Positions 12,766 to 24,996 of a stretch of DNA of 64,000 nt are shown here, one piece after another. The DNA is from Escherichia coli (GTDB taxonomy: Bacteria; Pseudomonadota; Gammaproteobacteria; Enterobacterales; Enterobacteriaceae). Numbering within the stretch: position 1 is the stretch's first letter; each line of letters starts with the position of its first letter. The notes below the pieces were generated by a model. The model searched no databases. It had not been told where the DNA came from and saw nothing but the letters and a program-made list of their open reading frames with translations. The DNA is taken from NCBI RefSeq assembly GCF_030013205.1, contig NZ_CP122648.1. One strand, 5' to 3'. Position numbers and translations under genes: made by a program.

Positions 12766-13851
12766 ATGACATTACTCGCTTCGCTGCGTGACTGGCTTAA
12801 GGCGCAACAACTGGATGCGGTGCTTCTCTCCTCACGGCAGAACAAACAGCCGCATCTGGGGATCTCCACCGGATCAGGCTATGTGGTGATTAGCCGTGAA
12901 AGTGCGCACATTCTGGTGGATTCGCGCTATTACGCGGATGTAGAAGCCCGCACGCAAGGCTACCAGCTGCATTTGCTCGACGCGATGAACACGCTTACCA
13001 CTATCGTCAATCAAATCATTGCCGATGAGCAGTTGCAAACGCTCGGTTTTGAGGGCCAGCAGGTGAGTTGGGGAACCGCGCACCGCTGGCAGTCTGAACT
13101 CAATGCGAAACTGGTTAGCGCCACGCCGGATGTGCTGCGGCAAATCAAAACGCCAGAGGAGGTGGAGAAAATCCGCCTCGCCTGTGGGATTGCCGATCGC
13201 GGTGCTGAGCATATTCGCCGCTTTATTCAGGCGGGGATGAGCGAGCGCGAGATAGCTGCTGAACTGGAGTGGTTTATGCGCCAGCAGGGCGCAGAAAAAG
13301 CCTCTTTCGATACCATTGTCGCCAGTGGCTGGCGTGGGGCGCTGCCGCACGGCAAAGCCAGCGACAAGATTGTTGCAGCGGGCGAGTTTGTCACTCTCGA
13401 TTTCGGTGCGCTGTATCAGGGTTACTGCTCTGATATGACGCGTACCTTGCTTGTGAATGGCGAAGGGGTGAGCGCCGAATTTCACCCGCTGTTTGACGTC
13501 TATCAGATTGTTTTGCAGGCACAGCTCGCAGCAATCTCCTCGATTCGCCCCGGCGTGCGCTGCCAGCAGGTTGACGACGCCGCGCGCCGGGTGATTACCG
13601 AGGCTGGATTTGGCGACTATTTCGGTCATAACACCGGTCATGCCATCGGTATTGAAGTCCATGAAGATCCGCGTTTTTCACCGCGGGACACCACGACGCT
13701 ACAGCCAGGCATGTTACTGACCGTGGAGCCGGGGATTTATTTGCCAGGGCAAGGGGGCGTGCGCATCGAAGATATTGTGCTGGTCACCCCGCAAGGCGCA
13801 GAAGTGCTCTACGCCATGCCGAAAACAGTGTTGCTCACGGGAGAGGCATAA
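12766..13851 (+). CDS. ypdF: Xaa-Pro aminopeptidase YpdF (M24 family)
   Basis: 361 aa, creatinase/prolidase-type fold motifs ([13 protein letters not shown]). Confidence 0.85.
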   Translation: MTLLASLRDWLKAQQLDAVLLSSRQNKQPHLGISTGSGYVVISRESAHILVDSRYYADVEARTQGYQLHLLDAMNTLTTIVNQIIADEQLQTLGFEGQQVSWGTAHRWQSELNAKLVSATPDVLRQIKTPEEVEKIRLACGIADRGAEHIRRFIQAGMSEREIAAELEWFMRQQGAEKASFDTIVASGWRGALPHGKASDKIVAAGEFVTLDFGALYQGYCSDMTRTLLVNGEGVSAEFHPLFDVYQIVLQAQLAAISSIRPGVRCQQVDDAARRVITEAGFGDYFGHNTGHAIGIEVHEDPRFSPRDTTTLQPGMLLTVEPGIYLPGQGGVRIEDIVLVTPQGAEVLYAMPKTVLLTGEA

Positions 13852-14888
13852 TGGATTTATCGTTATTAAAAGCGTTGAGCGAGGCAGATGCGATCGCCTC
13901 CTCGGAACAGGAAGTGCGGCAGATCCTGCTGGAAGAAGCGGATCGCCTGCAAAAAGAAGTGCGATTTGACGGCCTGGGATCGGTGCTGATCCGCCTCAAT
14001 GAATCGACAGGTCCGAAGGTGATGATCTGTGCGCATATGGATGAAGTGGGATTTATGGTGCGCAGCATCTCCCGCGAAGGGGCGATCGATGTGTTGCCGG
14101 TTGGCAATGTACGCATGGCTGCCCGCCAGCTTCAGTCGGTGCGTATCACTACCCGTGAAGAGTGCAAAATTCCAGGCCTGCTTGACGGCGACCGGCAGGG
14201 GAATGACGTCAGCGCCATGCGCGTGGACATTGGTGCGCGCTCGTATGACGAAGTGATGCAGGCGGGAATTCGTCCAGGCGATCGCGTCACCTTTGATACA
14301 ACTTTTCAGGTTCTCCCTCACCAGCGGGTGATGGGGAAAGCCTTTGATGATCGCCTCGGTTGCTATCTGCTGGTGACGTTACTACGTGAGCTGCACGACG
14401 CCGAACTGCCTGCGGAAGTGTGGCTGGTGGCCAGCTCCAGCGAAGAGGTGGGATTACGCGGCGGGCAAACCGCTACCCGTGCGGTTTCACCGGACGTTGC
14501 GATTGTGCTGGATACCGCCTGCTGGGCGAAAAACTTTGATTATGGCGCGGCTAACCATCGCCAGATTGGTTACGGGCCGATGCTGGTATTAAGCGACAAG
14601 TCGCTGATTGCGCCGCCAAAACTTACCGCGTGGATTGAAACCGTGGCGGCAGAAATTGGCGTGCCGTTACAGGCAGATATGTTCAGCAACGGCGGCACGG
14701 ACGGTGGAGCGGTGCATTTAACAGGCACTGGCGTACCCACAGTGGTGATGGGGCCTGCCACCCGCCACGGACATTGCGCCGCATCGATTGCCGATTGCCG
14801 TGACATTTTGCAGATGCAGCAGCTTTTATCTGCCCTTATTCAACGTCTTACGCGTGAGACGGTTGTTCAACTGACGGATTTCAGATGA
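13851..14888 (+). CDS. ypdE: Aminopeptidase YpdE (M42 family)
   Basis: 345 aa; start overlaps the ypdF stop (ATAATG); M42 peptidase-like. Confidence 0.85.
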   Translation: MDLSLLKALSEADAIASSEQEVRQILLEEADRLQKEVRFDGLGSVLIRLNESTGPKVMICAHMDEVGFMVRSISREGAIDVLPVGNVRMAARQLQSVRITTREECKIPGLLDGDRQGNDVSAMRVDIGARSYDEVMQAGIRPGDRVTFDTTFQVLPHQRVMGKAFDDRLGCYLLVTLLRELHDAELPAEVWLVASSSEEVGLRGGQTATRAVSPDVAIVLDTACWAKNFDYGAANHRQIGYGPMLVLSDKSLIAPPKLTAWIETVAAEIGVPLQADMFSNGGTDGGAVHLTGTGVPTVVMGPATRHGHCAASIADCRDILQMQQLLSALIQRLTRETVVQLTDFR

Positions 14889-14912
14889 TCTCCTGATTAA
14901 CCCGGAGCGGTT

Positions 14913-17408
14913 ATGCTAACGATTCAATTTCTCTGTCCTTTGCCTAACGGTATTCATGCTCGTCCGGCGTGGGAACTTAAAGAACAGTGCAGCCAGTGGC
15001 AAAGCGAAATCACTTTTATTAACCATCGCCAGAATGCAAAGGCAGATGCGAAAAGCTCGCTGGCGCTGATTGGCACCGGCACCCTATTTAATGACAGTTG
15101 CAGCCTGAACATTAGCGGCAGCGATGAAGAGCAGGCGCGGCGCGTGCTGGAAGAGTACATCCAGGTGCGCTTTATCGACAGCGACAGCGTCCAGCCAACG
15201 CAGGCAGAACTGACGGCGCATCCGCTGCCGCGTTCATTAAGCCGTCTGAATCCTGATTTACTGTACGGCAATGTGCTGGCAAGCGGCGTCGGCGTGGGTA
15301 CGCTGACCCTGTTACAGAGCGACAGCCTCGACAGTTATCGGGCAATCCCGGCCAGTGCGCAAGATTCCACCCGGCTGGAGCACAGCCTGGCAACGCTTGC
15401 CGAGCAACTGAACCAGCAGCTGCGTGAGCGTGACGGCGAAAGCAAAACTATCCTCAGCGCCCATTTGTCGCTGATTCAGGATGATGAATTTGCAGGCAAT
15501 ATCCGTCGCCTTATGGCAGAACAGCATCAGGGACTGGGGGCGGCGATCATCAGCAATATGGAGCAGGTTTGCGCCAAACTATCTGCTTCTGCCAGCGATT
15601 ATCTGCGCGAGCGGGTCAGCGACATTCGCGATATCAGCGAACAGTTGCTGCATATCACCTGGCCGGAACTGAAGCCGCGCAACAATCTGGTGCTGGAAAA
15701 ACCGACTATTCTGGTGGCCGAGGATTTAACCCCAAGCCAGTTTTTGAGCCTCGATTTAAAAAATCTTGCGGGCATGATTCTGGAGAAAACCGGGCGCACC
15801 TCGCATACCCTGATTCTGGCCCGTGCCTCGGCGATCCCGGTACTGAGTGGCTTGCCGCTGGATGCGATCGCGCGCTATGCCGGGCAACCGGCAGTGCTTG
15901 ACGCCCAGTGCGGCGTGCTGGCGATTAACCCGAATGACGCGGTGAGCGGTTATTATCAGGTTGCGCAGACGCTGGCGGATAAACGTCAGCAGCAGCAGGC
16001 GCAGGCCGCCGCGCAGCTGGCCTATTCCCGTGATAACAAGCGTATTGATATTGCGGCGAATATCGGCACCGCTCTGGAAGCGCCTGGCGCGTTTGCCAAC
16101 GGCGCGGAAGGTGTTGGGCTGTTCCGTACTGAAATGCTCTATATGGATCGCGACAGCGCGCCGGACGAGCAGGAGCAATTTGAAGCCTACCAGCAGGTGC
16201 TACTGGCGGCGGGCGACAAGCCGATTATCTTCCGCACGATGGACATCGGCGGCGATAAAAGCATTCCTTATCTGAATATTCCCCAGGAAGAGAACCCGTT
16301 CCTCGGCTATCGCGCGGTACGTATTTACCCGGAATTTGCGGGCCTGTTCCGCACTCAACTGCGGGCCATTTTGCGCGCCGCCAGTTTCGGCAACGCCCAG
16401 TTGATGATCCCAATGGTTCACAGCCTCGATCAGATCTTATGGGTGAAGGGCGAGATCCAAAAAACGATCGTTGAGCTTAAGCGCGATGGCCTGCGTCATG
16501 CAGAGACGATTACGCTGGGTATCATGGTGGAAGTGCCGTCGGTGTGCTACATCATCGACCACTTCTGCGATGAGGTCGATTTCTTCAGTATCGGTTCTAA
16601 CGATATGACCCAGTATCTGTATGCGGTCGATCGTAATAACCCGCGCGTATCGCCGCTGTATAACCCGATTACGCCATCGTTCCTGCGCATGTTGCAGCAG
16701 ATTATTACCACTGCGCATCAGCGCGGAAAATGGGTAGGTATTTGCGGTGAACTGGGCGGTGAAAGTCGTTATCTGCCGCTACTGCTTGGGCTGGGCCTGG
16801 ACGAGCTGAGTATGAGTAGCCCGCGCATTCCGGCGGTGAAAAGCCAGCTTCGTCAACTGGATAGCGAGGCGTGTCGGGAACTGGCGCGTCAGGCGTGTGA
16901 ATGTCGCAGCGCGCAGGAGATTGAAGCGTTACTCACCGCCTTTACGCCGGAAGAAGACGTTCGCCCGCTGCTGGCGCTGGAGAATATCTTCGTTGATCAG
17001 GCCTTTAGCAATAAAGAGCAGGCGATCCAGTTCCTGTGCGGTAACCTCGGCGTTAACGGGCGCACTGAACATCCGTTCGAGCTGGAAGAGGATGTCTGGC
17101 AACGGGAAGAGATTGTTACCACCGGCGTTGGTTTTGGCGTAGCGATCCCGCACACCAAATCTCAGTGGATCCGTCATTCCAGTATCAGCATTGCCCGGCT
17201 GGTGAAACCGGTTGACTGGCAGTCAGAAATGGGCGAAGTCGAACTGGTGATCATGCTGACGTTGGGTGCTAACGAAGGGATGAACCATGTGAAAGTCTTC
17301 TCGCAGCTGGCGCGCAAACTGGTGAATAAAAACTTCCGCCAGTCCCTGTTCGCCGCGCAAGATGCGCAAAGTATTCTGACGCTGCTGGAAACGGAATTAA
17401 CCTTCTGA
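14913..17408 (+). CDS. fryA: Multiphosphoryl transfer protein FryA (HPr-EI-EIIA fusion)
   Basis: 831 aa; N-terminal HPr-like domain, PEP-utilising enzyme I core, C-terminal EIIA(Fru)-like domain. Confidence 0.9.
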   Translation: MLTIQFLCPLPNGIHARPAWELKEQCSQWQSEITFINHRQNAKADAKSSLALIGTGTLFNDSCSLNISGSDEEQARRVLEEYIQVRFIDSDSVQPTQAELTAHPLPRSLSRLNPDLLYGNVLASGVGVGTLTLLQSDSLDSYRAIPASAQDSTRLEHSLATLAEQLNQQLRERDGESKTILSAHLSLIQDDEFAGNIRRLMAEQHQGLGAAIISNMEQVCAKLSASASDYLRERVSDIRDISEQLLHITWPELKPRNNLVLEKPTILVAEDLTPSQFLSLDLKNLAGMILEKTGRTSHTLILARASAIPVLSGLPLDAIARYAGQPAVLDAQCGVLAINPNDAVSGYYQVAQTLADKRQQQQAQAAAQLAYSRDNKRIDIAANIGTALEAPGAFANGAEGVGLFRTEMLYMDRDSAPDEQEQFEAYQQVLLAAGDKPIIFRTMDIGGDKSIPYLNIPQEENPFLGYRAVRIYPEFAGLFRTQLRAILRAASFGNAQLMIPMVHSLDQILWVKGEIQKTIVELKRDGLRHAETITLGIMVEVPSVCYIIDHFCDEVDFFSIGSNDMTQYLYAVDRNNPRVSPLYNPITPSFLRMLQQIITTAHQRGKWVGICGELGGESRYLPLLLGLGLDELSMSSPRIPAVKSQLRQLDSEACRELARQACECRSAQEIEALLTAFTPEEDVRPLLALENIFVDQAFSNKEQAIQFLCGNLGVNGRTEHPFELEEDVWQREEIVTTGVGFGVAIPHTKSQWIRHSSISIARLVKPVDWQSEMGEVELVIMLTLGANEGMNHVKVFSQLARKLVNKNFRQSLFAAQDAQSILTLLETELTF

Positions 17409-17410
17409 CG

Positions 17411-18268
17411 TTAGCCCTGAAAACGGGCGCTGTGCTCTCCCGGCGTCAGGCCAAACTGACGCCGGAAGACGCGACAAAAATAGTCGCTGTCCGGAAAGCC
17501 GCAACGCTGCGCCACTTCATGAATCGACAGATGATATTTCTGCAAAATCATCCTCGCCTTCGCCATTCGCACCCAACGCACATATTCGATAAAACGCATT
17601 GTTCCATGCTGCGCAAACAGTTTTGACAGATGATTGGGCGTGATATTAAAAAACTGCGCCACGCTCTCGCGGGTGAGCGGCTGGGCATAATTATCCTGAA
17701 CCCAGTTACAAATGCTGTGATAGAGAAAATCGCCGCGCGGCTGCGAATTGCCCGGTGGCATATTCACCACGTTGCGGCAAAGATGCAGCAAACTTAACAC
17801 CAGTGGCTGAATGATATTCTGCTCCAGCGGCGAACGGCTAAGATGGGTGAGGGCGGTAAGCATCGCTTCACCTTCACCGCGTTGCAGGCTGGGAAGCTGG
17901 ATCTGGCGGGCAGGATGCAACAACGACGTGGTACGGCTATCGTAAAACGATAACCCAAGCCAGGTCGGTGCGAACACCAGGCTTAACAGCATCACCGGTT
18001 TGTTGTTGATCGGTAAATTAGCCGCGCGCGCTGGAATAAACAGCATTTCTCCTTCAACCATACGTTGCTGCTTTGCTTCCAGCAGATTGCCGTATTCGCC
18101 GCGCAGCACGATATCCAGACGGGGAAAATCAATACATAAACTGCCCACCGGTAACGAGGCAGGCTGGCTGGCAAACCAGACGCGCCCCAGTAGTTGCGGG
18201 TTAAGCACCGGGCCGCTGAACAGATCGGCGAAAAATTGTTGATCGGCGGGCAAGCCTGGTGCTTTCAT
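17411..18268 (-). CDS. ypdC: AraC-family transcriptional regulator YpdC
   Basis: 285 aa with C-terminal AraC HTH (…ESVAQFFNITPNHLSKLFAQHGTMRFIEYVRWVRMAKARMILQ…). Confidence 0.85.
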   Translation of the reverse strand: MKAPGLPADQQFFADLFSGPVLNPQLLGRVWFASQPASLPVGSLCIDFPRLDIVLRGEYGNLLEAKQQRMVEGEMLFIPARAANLPINNKPVMLLSLVFAPTWLGLSFYDSRTTSLLHPARQIQLPSLQRGEGEAMLTALTHLSRSPLEQNIIQPLVLSLLHLCRNVVNMPPGNSQPRGDFLYHSICNWVQDNYAQPLTRESVAQFFNITPNHLSKLFAQHGTMRFIEYVRWVRMAKARMILQKYHLSIHEVAQRCGFPDSDYFCRVFRRQFGLTPGEHSARFQG

Positions 18269-18280
18269 GAAAGTTCCCGA

Positions 18281-19015
18281 TTAAAGATGCATTAACTGGC
18301 GGAATTCTTTAACTTTGCTGCGGCTGACTGGCACTTCAAAATCCAGATCTTTCAGCCGCAGAATATAGGTGTTATTAAACCACGGTTCGATCTCGCGGAT
18401 TTTGTTCAGATTGACACAAAATGAGCGATGGCAGCGGAAAAAATGCGATGGCGGCAGCTTGCTGCAAAACTCGGTAATGTTCATCGGCATTACGTAGGAT
18501 TCACGCCGCGTATAGACAAAGGTCATTTTCTCGTGCGCTTCGGCGTAATAGATATCGTTAATTGGCGTGACAATGATTCGCTCATCTTTCACCAGATTAA
18601 TGGTGTCATTCTCACGCGTTACCGTCGTGGCAGGCGTACTGCTGGTCTGCTGTTGTTGCCAGGCCGCTTCCAGTTTTTGCAGCATCCCGGTAATGCGTGA
18701 CTCCTGATACGGTTTGAGAATGTAGTCAAACGCTTCCAGTTCAAATGCTTCTACCGCATGTTCTTTCCACGCGGTGATGAACACAATAAACGGTTTATGG
18801 GCGAACTGGCTGATGTTTTGCGCCAGCAACACGCCATCCAGCGACGGAATATTGATATCCAGAAAAATGGCGTCGACGCGGTTATGCTGCAAAAACTTCA
18901 ACACGTCCAGACCGTCGTCAAAGGTGCCGACAATCTCCATCTGGCTGTGCTCTTTAATTAGCCAGCTCAGTTCCTGTTGTGCCAGGAATTCGTCTTCAAC
19001 AATGATGACTTTCAC
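18281..19015 (-). CDS. ypdB: LytTR-family response regulator YpdB
   Basis: Receiver domain plus LytTR domain; ORF extends to 19033, start placed at an internal GTG (MKVIIVEDEF) from memory of K-12. Confidence 0.8.
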   Translation of the reverse strand: MKVIIVEDEFLAQQELSWLIKEHSQMEIVGTFDDGLDVLKFLQHNRVDAIFLDINIPSLDGVLLAQNISQFAHKPFIVFITAWKEHAVEAFELEAFDYILKPYQESRITGMLQKLEAAWQQQQTSSTPATTVTRENDTINLVKDERIIVTPINDIYYAEAHEKMTFVYTRRESYVMPMNITEFCSKLPPSHFFRCHRSFCVNLNKIREIEPWFNNTYILRLKDLDFEVPVSRSKVKEFRQLMHL

Positions 19016-19029
19016 AATATCACTCCGGC

Positions 19030-20727
19030 TCAAAGCAATAACGTAGCCTGTGAGGCGACTGGGGTGCGTTGGTTAGGAATGTAAAACGCAATTTCCGTCC
19101 CCGGTTCCAGGCGGCGGATATGCAGCCCCTCGCCATACAATAACTTCACGCGATGATGGACATTCAGCAGGCCAATTTTATTGCCCGGCATTTCGTTCGC
19201 TTCGACCCGCTCAATCACCTTTGGATCGATGCCGTGCCCGGTATCTCGCACCGCAATACGTACCCGATTACCGCACTCTGCAACGCTGATGGTGACAACG
19301 CCTTTACCTTTGCAAGGCTGGATACCGTGGACAATGGCGTTTTCCACCAACGGCTGGATCAGCAGGCTGGGAATGCAGCAATTCACCTCTTCATCAATAT
19401 CATAGATAACCGTCAGCTTGTCGCCAAAGCGGGCCTGCTCAATGGCAATATAGTCTTTAATTTGATACAGCTCTTTTTTGATATCGATTTGCTCATCGTC
19501 TTTTAATTCAATGTTATAGCGCAGATAACGCGACAGATTAAAGATCAGCTGGCGAGCGGTATCCGGATTCAGACGGATTGACGATGAAATAGCGTTCAAA
19601 GCGTTAAACAGGAAATGGGGATTAATTTTGCTTTGCAGGGCGCGAAGCTCTGCCTTATTTGCCATTTCACGTAGCTGCTCGGCGCGTGAAACCTCCAGTT
19701 GCGTGGAGATGATTTGCGACAGACCGACCGCCATTTCCTGTAATGATGACGTAATCTGATGCGCGTGGCAGTAGTAAATTTTCAGTGTTCCGGTCACAAC
19801 GCCTTTCTCCCACAATGGGATCACCAGCATGGAATGAATCTCTGGTGTGCGGTGGGCTTCATCATTGTTTTTAATGATGATTTTTCCGTAATTCATCGCC
19901 TGTCGGGTAGTCGGGCTAATGAAGTCATCGCCATTCTGATAGTTGTGTTCACCCACGCCAACATAGGCCAGCACATGATCGGTATTGGTAATCGCCACCG
20001 CATCGGCATGAATATCATCGCGGATAATTTCACAAACTTTGCGTAATGACTCGCTATTGACATGGCGAAACAGCGGCAGCGTTTTGTTGGCGATATCCAG
20101 CGCCAGCTTGGCCTGCCGCGCGGCGCTGGCCTCTTTTTCGCCCTCAACGCTTTGCACCAGCAGCACAATAAAGCCGATACAGACGCTACCGAGGATCATC
20201 GGAATCCCGATTTTAGAGACGATATCGATCCCCAACGCGGTAGTTGGTGCCCAGACAATCACCAGAATCATGGTCAACGTTTCACATAACATGCCGCCGA
20301 GAATACCGACGCGCCAGCGCTGTGCTTTGGGGATTTTCAGGTTGATCCAGCCCGATATACAACCCGCCAGAATGCTGGTGATAAAGCAGGGGATCGCCGT
20401 CACGCCGCCGATATCAATTAAATACCGGTGAATACCCGCAATCACGCCGGTAATGATGCCTACCCACGGGCCAAACAGAATCCCGCCTGACATCACCGCG
20501 ATAATACGAACGTTCACCAGCGAGCCTTCTACGGGAACGCCGGACCAGGTGCTGAACAGGGCGAACAGCGAGAAAATGGCGGTAACAGCGAGCAGCTCTT
20601 TTGGGGAGTGCGCCGACTTGTGCAACAGTTCGCGAAACAGGCGGATACGGATGAGAAAGAACAGGCAGATAAGCATTAACGCTGCCCGATCGAAGACCGC
20701 CAGCAGCATGTTGAATATTTCGTGCAC
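19030..20727 (-). CDS. ypdA: Sensor histidine kinase YpdA (5TMR-LYT/GAF/HisKA_3)
   Basis: 565 aa; membrane N-terminus, His kinase motifs ([16 protein letters not shown]). Confidence 0.9.
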
Positions 20728-21103
20728 GGGTGACTCTGAATAAGGATTAAACCTCTATGATAGGTAACCTGAAGGCTGATGACCAGCAGGCCGTTTTTGA
20801 GGAAAAACCACAATTTTAAAAGGGGATTGAAAGATAAATGGTGTATTAGCAATGCATCTCTTGATAATGCACATCTGCTTGGTAAATTTATTGAAATTAT
20901 AATGTTAATAAAATGAGTGGTAATTTTCTTGTTAGCGCAGATAAATTTCCTGTTTTTGAAGTGGCGTTCCTCATTTAAAGCCATTGATAAAAATGTTCTA
21001 AAACGCTGGACAGACAGAAATTAATCAGGCTATTTTCAAAACAGCCACCATCGTGGCAGCGTCGCTCGGACGGTCCGGGCGCTAACGTTAATCTGAGGAA
21101 ATT

Positions 21104-22342
21104 ATGGCTGACACTCGCCCTGAACGTCGCTTTACGCGCATTGATCGTCTCCCGCCCTACGTTTTTAATATTACCGCTGAACTGAAAATGGCTGCGCGTC
21201 GGCGCGGCGAAGATATTATCGATTTCAGTATGGGTAACCCGGACGGTGCGACTCCGCCGCACATCGTCGAAAAATTATGTACGGTGGCCCAGCGCCCGGA
21301 CACGCATGGTTACTCCACTTCACGCGGCATTCCGCGGCTACGTCGCGCCATTTCACACTGGTATCAGGATCGCTACGACGTCGAGATCGACCCGGAATCA
21401 GAAGCCATCGTCACCATTGGTTCGAAAGAGGGACTGGCGCATCTGATGCTGGCGACGCTGGATCATGGTGACACTGTACTGGTGCCTAATCCAAGCTACC
21501 CGATTCATATTTACGGCGCGGTGATTGCCGGGGCGCAGGTACGCTCAGTGCCGCTGGTGGAAGGTGTCGATTTCTTCAACGAACTGGAACGCGCCATTCG
21601 CGAAAGTTATCCGAAACCGAAGATGATGATCCTCGGCTTCCCGTCGAACCCAACCGCGCAATGCGTGGAACTGGAATTCTTTGAGAAGGTTGTGGCGCTG
21701 GCGAAACGATACGATGTGCTGGTGGTCCATGACCTGGCCTATGCCGATATCGTCTACGATGGCTGGAAAGCGCCGTCAATCATGCAGGTGCCGGGTGCAC
21801 GCGATGTGGCGGTCGAGTTCTTTACGCTGTCGAAAAGCTACAACATGGCGGGCTGGCGTATCGGCTTTATGGTTGGCAACAAAACGCTGGTCAGCGCGCT
21901 GGCACGTATTAAAAGCTATCACGATTACGGCACCTTTACGCCGTTGCAGGTGGCAGCGATTGCGGCGCTGGAGGGCGATCAACAGTGCGTGCGCGATATT
22001 GCCGAACAGTACAAACGCCGCCGTGATGTACTGGTTAAAGGGCTGCATGAAGCGGGCTGGATGGTCGAAATGCCGAAGGCTTCGATGTATGTCTGGGCGA
22101 AAATCCCGGAACCGTATGCTGCCATGGGCTCGCTGGAATTTGCCAAGAAGCTGCTGAACGAAGCGAAGGTCTGTGTCTCTCCGGGGATTGGCTTTGGCGA
22201 CTACGGCGACACGCATGTTCGCTTTGCACTGATTGAAAACCGCGACCGTATTCGTCAGGCGATTCGTGGAATTAAAGCGATGTTCCGTGCCGACGGTTTA
22301 CTACCCGCCAGCAGCAAACATATTCACGAAAACGCGGAATAA
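21104..22342 (+). CDS. alaC: Glutamate-pyruvate aminotransferase AlaC (YfdZ)
   Basis: 412 aa, class I PLP aminotransferase motifs (…[16 protein letters not shown]…). Confidence 0.9.
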   Translation: MADTRPERRFTRIDRLPPYVFNITAELKMAARRRGEDIIDFSMGNPDGATPPHIVEKLCTVAQRPDTHGYSTSRGIPRLRRAISHWYQDRYDVEIDPESEAIVTIGSKEGLAHLMLATLDHGDTVLVPNPSYPIHIYGAVIAGAQVRSVPLVEGVDFFNELERAIRESYPKPKMMILGFPSNPTAQCVELEFFEKVVALAKRYDVLVVHDLAYADIVYDGWKAPSIMQVPGARDVAVEFFTLSKSYNMAGWRIGFMVGNKTLVSALARIKSYHDYGTFTPLQVAAIAALEGDQQCVRDIAEQYKRRRDVLVKGLHEAGWMVEMPKASMYVWAKIPEPYAAMGSLEFAKKLLNEAKVCVSPGIGFGDYGDTHVRFALIENRDRIRQAIRGIKAMFRADGLLPASSKHIHENAE

Positions 22343-22406
22343 ACACCGTCGTCAGAAATGCAAACAGGAGCCTGATGGCTCCTGTTTTTCGTTTCGCAGT
22401 TTACTT

Positions 22407-22478
22407 TTAGATCATCAGGGCAAAAGTACCGGCCCAAACGATGACCATAAAAGAAATGCCCATAAAGAAATATTTCAC
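22407..22478 (-). CDS. ypdK: Small membrane protein YpdK (23 aa, GTG start)
   Basis: Minus-strand translation gives VKYFFMGISFMVIVWAGTFALMI followed by stop; matches the remembered ypdK small protein. Confidence 0.6.
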   Translation of the reverse strand: MKYFFMGISFMVIVWAGTFALMI

Positions 22479-22833
22479 TTTACATCTCTCCGCGTAATTA
22501 CTGTTACGCCTGAATGACTTCATTACACCTGATACAGTGAGTTGACACCGGGCAAAACGACCTTAAAAGTCCTGTATTTTACCGTGGGCATCACCCCAGA
22601 ATTCTGAGCTAAACTGCTCCAGACGGCGCTAATGTACGCCTAAAACTGAAACGAGACAAGAGGCATTTTCTTATTTACTTTTAGTAACTTACAGGTGTCT
22701 CATATCGGCGACAGTTTAATTTCTGACGGTAATAATTAGAGATTCAGCGAAGGAAAAAACCTTAAGAAAAAAGCCATAAAAACCATGAGGTTATTATGGC
22801 TGATTTGAGGAGGGAAAGAGTAAGAGCAGTTTG

Positions 22834-23754
22834 TTAAATGTATAGCGACGATTCTCCCACCGGGCGCGTTTTAAAGCGACGGTGGATCCAGAGGTACTGC
22901 TCCGGTGCGCGCATGATCTCTTTTTCGATAATCTTGTTCATATAGGCAGCGGCTTGATTTTCATCTGCCGGGTAGCCTTCCATCTCTGGGGTGATGTACA
23001 AACGATATCCGCTGTAATCCGCTTTTCTTACCATCGTTACGGTTAACATGGCTGCGCCAGAGAGACGTGAAAGGACATACGTACCATTGGTTGTGGCGAC
23101 ATTTTCCACCGCAAAGAATGGCGCGAAGGAGCTGCCTTTACGACCATAGTCCTGATCGGGAGCAAACCATACCGCTTCACCTTTCTTCAGTGCACCGACA
23201 ATGCCGCGCAGATTATTTCTGCCGATCATCGCTTTGTTAGAGCGCATGCGCCCACGGGTCTGCACCCATTCCATCAGCTGATTATTATGTGGACGATAGG
23301 TAGCCATCATTGGTTGGCACAGTCCCATCACGCGGCCGCCCAGTTCCAGCGACATAAAATGGACGCCGACAACCATTACGCCGCGATTTTGCATTTGTGC
23401 GCGTTTAAGGTTATCCAACCCTTCAACATCAAACCATTTACGTACGCGACTGTCGGGCCAGAACCACGCCATGCCGGTTTCTACCAGCGCCATGCCGAGT
23501 GAACGAAAGTTTTCGGCAATCATCTTCTCGCGTTCTTCCGCAGAATGCTGTGGGAAACAAAGTTCCAGGTTTTTACGGGCGATAGATTCACGCCGTTTCA
23601 GGAATGGTCGCGCCATTGCGCCAATACGCGTGCCGAGAAAGCAGAGAACAGGATAAGGAAGCTGTACCCAAAGCCAGAGTACACCAAGCCCAAACCACGT
23701 GAGCCAGTAGCGAGGATGCAGAAACTCGCGGGAAAATTTGCATTTTGGAAACAT
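22834..23754 (-). CDS. lpxP: Lipid A palmitoleoyl-ACP acyltransferase LpxP
   Basis: ORF 22834-23820; start placed at MFPKCKFSREFLHPRYWLTWFGLG... (306 aa); LpxL/LpxP acyltransferase family. Confidence 0.88.
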   Translation of the reverse strand: MFPKCKFSREFLHPRYWLTWFGLGVLWLWVQLPYPVLCFLGTRIGAMARPFLKRRESIARKNLELCFPQHSAEEREKMIAENFRSLGMALVETGMAWFWPDSRVRKWFDVEGLDNLKRAQMQNRGVMVVGVHFMSLELGGRVMGLCQPMMATYRPHNNQLMEWVQTRGRMRSNKAMIGRNNLRGIVGALKKGEAVWFAPDQDYGRKGSSFAPFFAVENVATTNGTYVLSRLSGAAMLTVTMVRKADYSGYRLYITPEMEGYPADENQAAAYMNKIIEKEIMRAPEQYLWIHRRFKTRPVGESSLYI

Positions 23755-24106
23755 AGTTACCTTCTGTAGATACGAATTGTTGTATCGCAGAAGATTCCAT
23801 GTCGACAGCGGTACACTCAATTGATTAGGCCATCATGTACGACAATGGTTCCTGTAAAGAGTGTAAAGACTAGTCAGGACATAACCACGAGGAGCATGAA
23901 TGCGGTATCTGTACTTTATCACTCGCTGACTGCTTTCAGCTACTGATTATTAATCGTGCAAAGTAAATATTTTTCCGTACGCAACAGTCTTGCATTTAAC
24001 ATGCTGTTTTCATTGATGCTTAGCAAAAATTGCCAGAGGTTAAGGATTGTCTTACTATTAAAGTGACTGAAGTTACAGGTTTTTTAGCGCGGCAGGAGGT
24101 TGAGCT

Positions 24107-24349
24107 ATGATTTATTTATGGATGTTTCTCGCCCTGTGTATTGTCTGCGTAAGCGGATACATCGGTCAGGTACTGAACGTGGTATCGGCGGTCTCTTCTT
24201 TCTTCGGCATGGTGATCCTCGCTGCACTCATTTATTACTTCACCATGTGGTTAACTGGCGGTAATGAACTGGTGACGGGGATATTTATGTTTCTTGCCCC
24301 GGCTTGTGGCTTGATGATTCGCTTTATGGTGGGATATGGCAGGCGGTAG
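24107..24349 (+). CDS. yfdY: Small inner-membrane protein YfdY
   Basis: 80 aa hydrophobic ORF with RBS ggaggt upstream. Confidence 0.7.
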   Translation: MIYLWMFLALCIVCVSGYIGQVLNVVSAVSSFFGMVILAALIYYFTMWLTGGNELVTGIFMFLAPACGLMIRFMVGYGRR

Positions 24350-24425
24350 TGGGTCAGGATGGCTCATTTGGGCAGGTGTTCACATCAGCATCAGACATGA
24401 TTGTTCACCTGCCGTGTGACAGACG

Positions 24426-24701
24426 CTATCGCACAGGATGGATAAGATAATTCGCCTTTGTCGGAAAAGGGGGCGGAATTTCTTCTGTGAGGTTTAATGG
24501 TGGCGCATCTTCTCTCATTTTTAACAAAATCGCCTGTGATGGCTGAAATTTTGTAGAGTGAGTTGTCGTCATCGCTGACGTTTTTTCCGTCTCTTTATAG
24601 CTCGCCTCACTACCACCACCAGAAATAGAAAATGCAAAAACATTGCATGCCATAATAGAGACCAATAAAAATAAGCTAAAAAGCATTAAGTTTACTTTCA
24701 T
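24426..24701 (-). CDS. ypdI: Putative lipoprotein YpdI
   Basis: 91 aa with signal peptide and lipobox-like …MAC; position matches remembered ypdI. Confidence 0.65.
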   Translation of the reverse strand: MKVNLMLFSLFLLVSIMACNVFAFSISGGGSEASYKETEKTSAMTTTHSTKFQPSQAILLKMREDAPPLNLTEEIPPPFPTKANYLIHPVR

Positions 24702-24996
24702 AGAAAGTTATCCTGAAAATGGTTCACTGAAAACCTACGACGTTATTGCTGTATTTACATATAATTAATCAGTATTTACATCGATATAATAAATGACATC
24801 TCTTTTTGGTATATAAGAATAGTTCTCTGTGACAGGAAGCATATTCCTACAATTGTAAGACTAAAATACTTCTTGCGATAATAACTACAACTGTAAGATA
24901 ACCCTTTCAAAATGACCGTTGCTCTCTGATTTCTCATTTCATGCTCACCCAATATGATGGCGGCGTTTTCTAAAACTGTTAAAGAATGAGGTAAGT

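Noticed and set aside
14954-16718. Multiple 60-140 aa ORFs on both strands inside fryA
   Set aside because: All lie within the 831 aa fryA reading frame; products of GC-rich codon bias, not independent genes.
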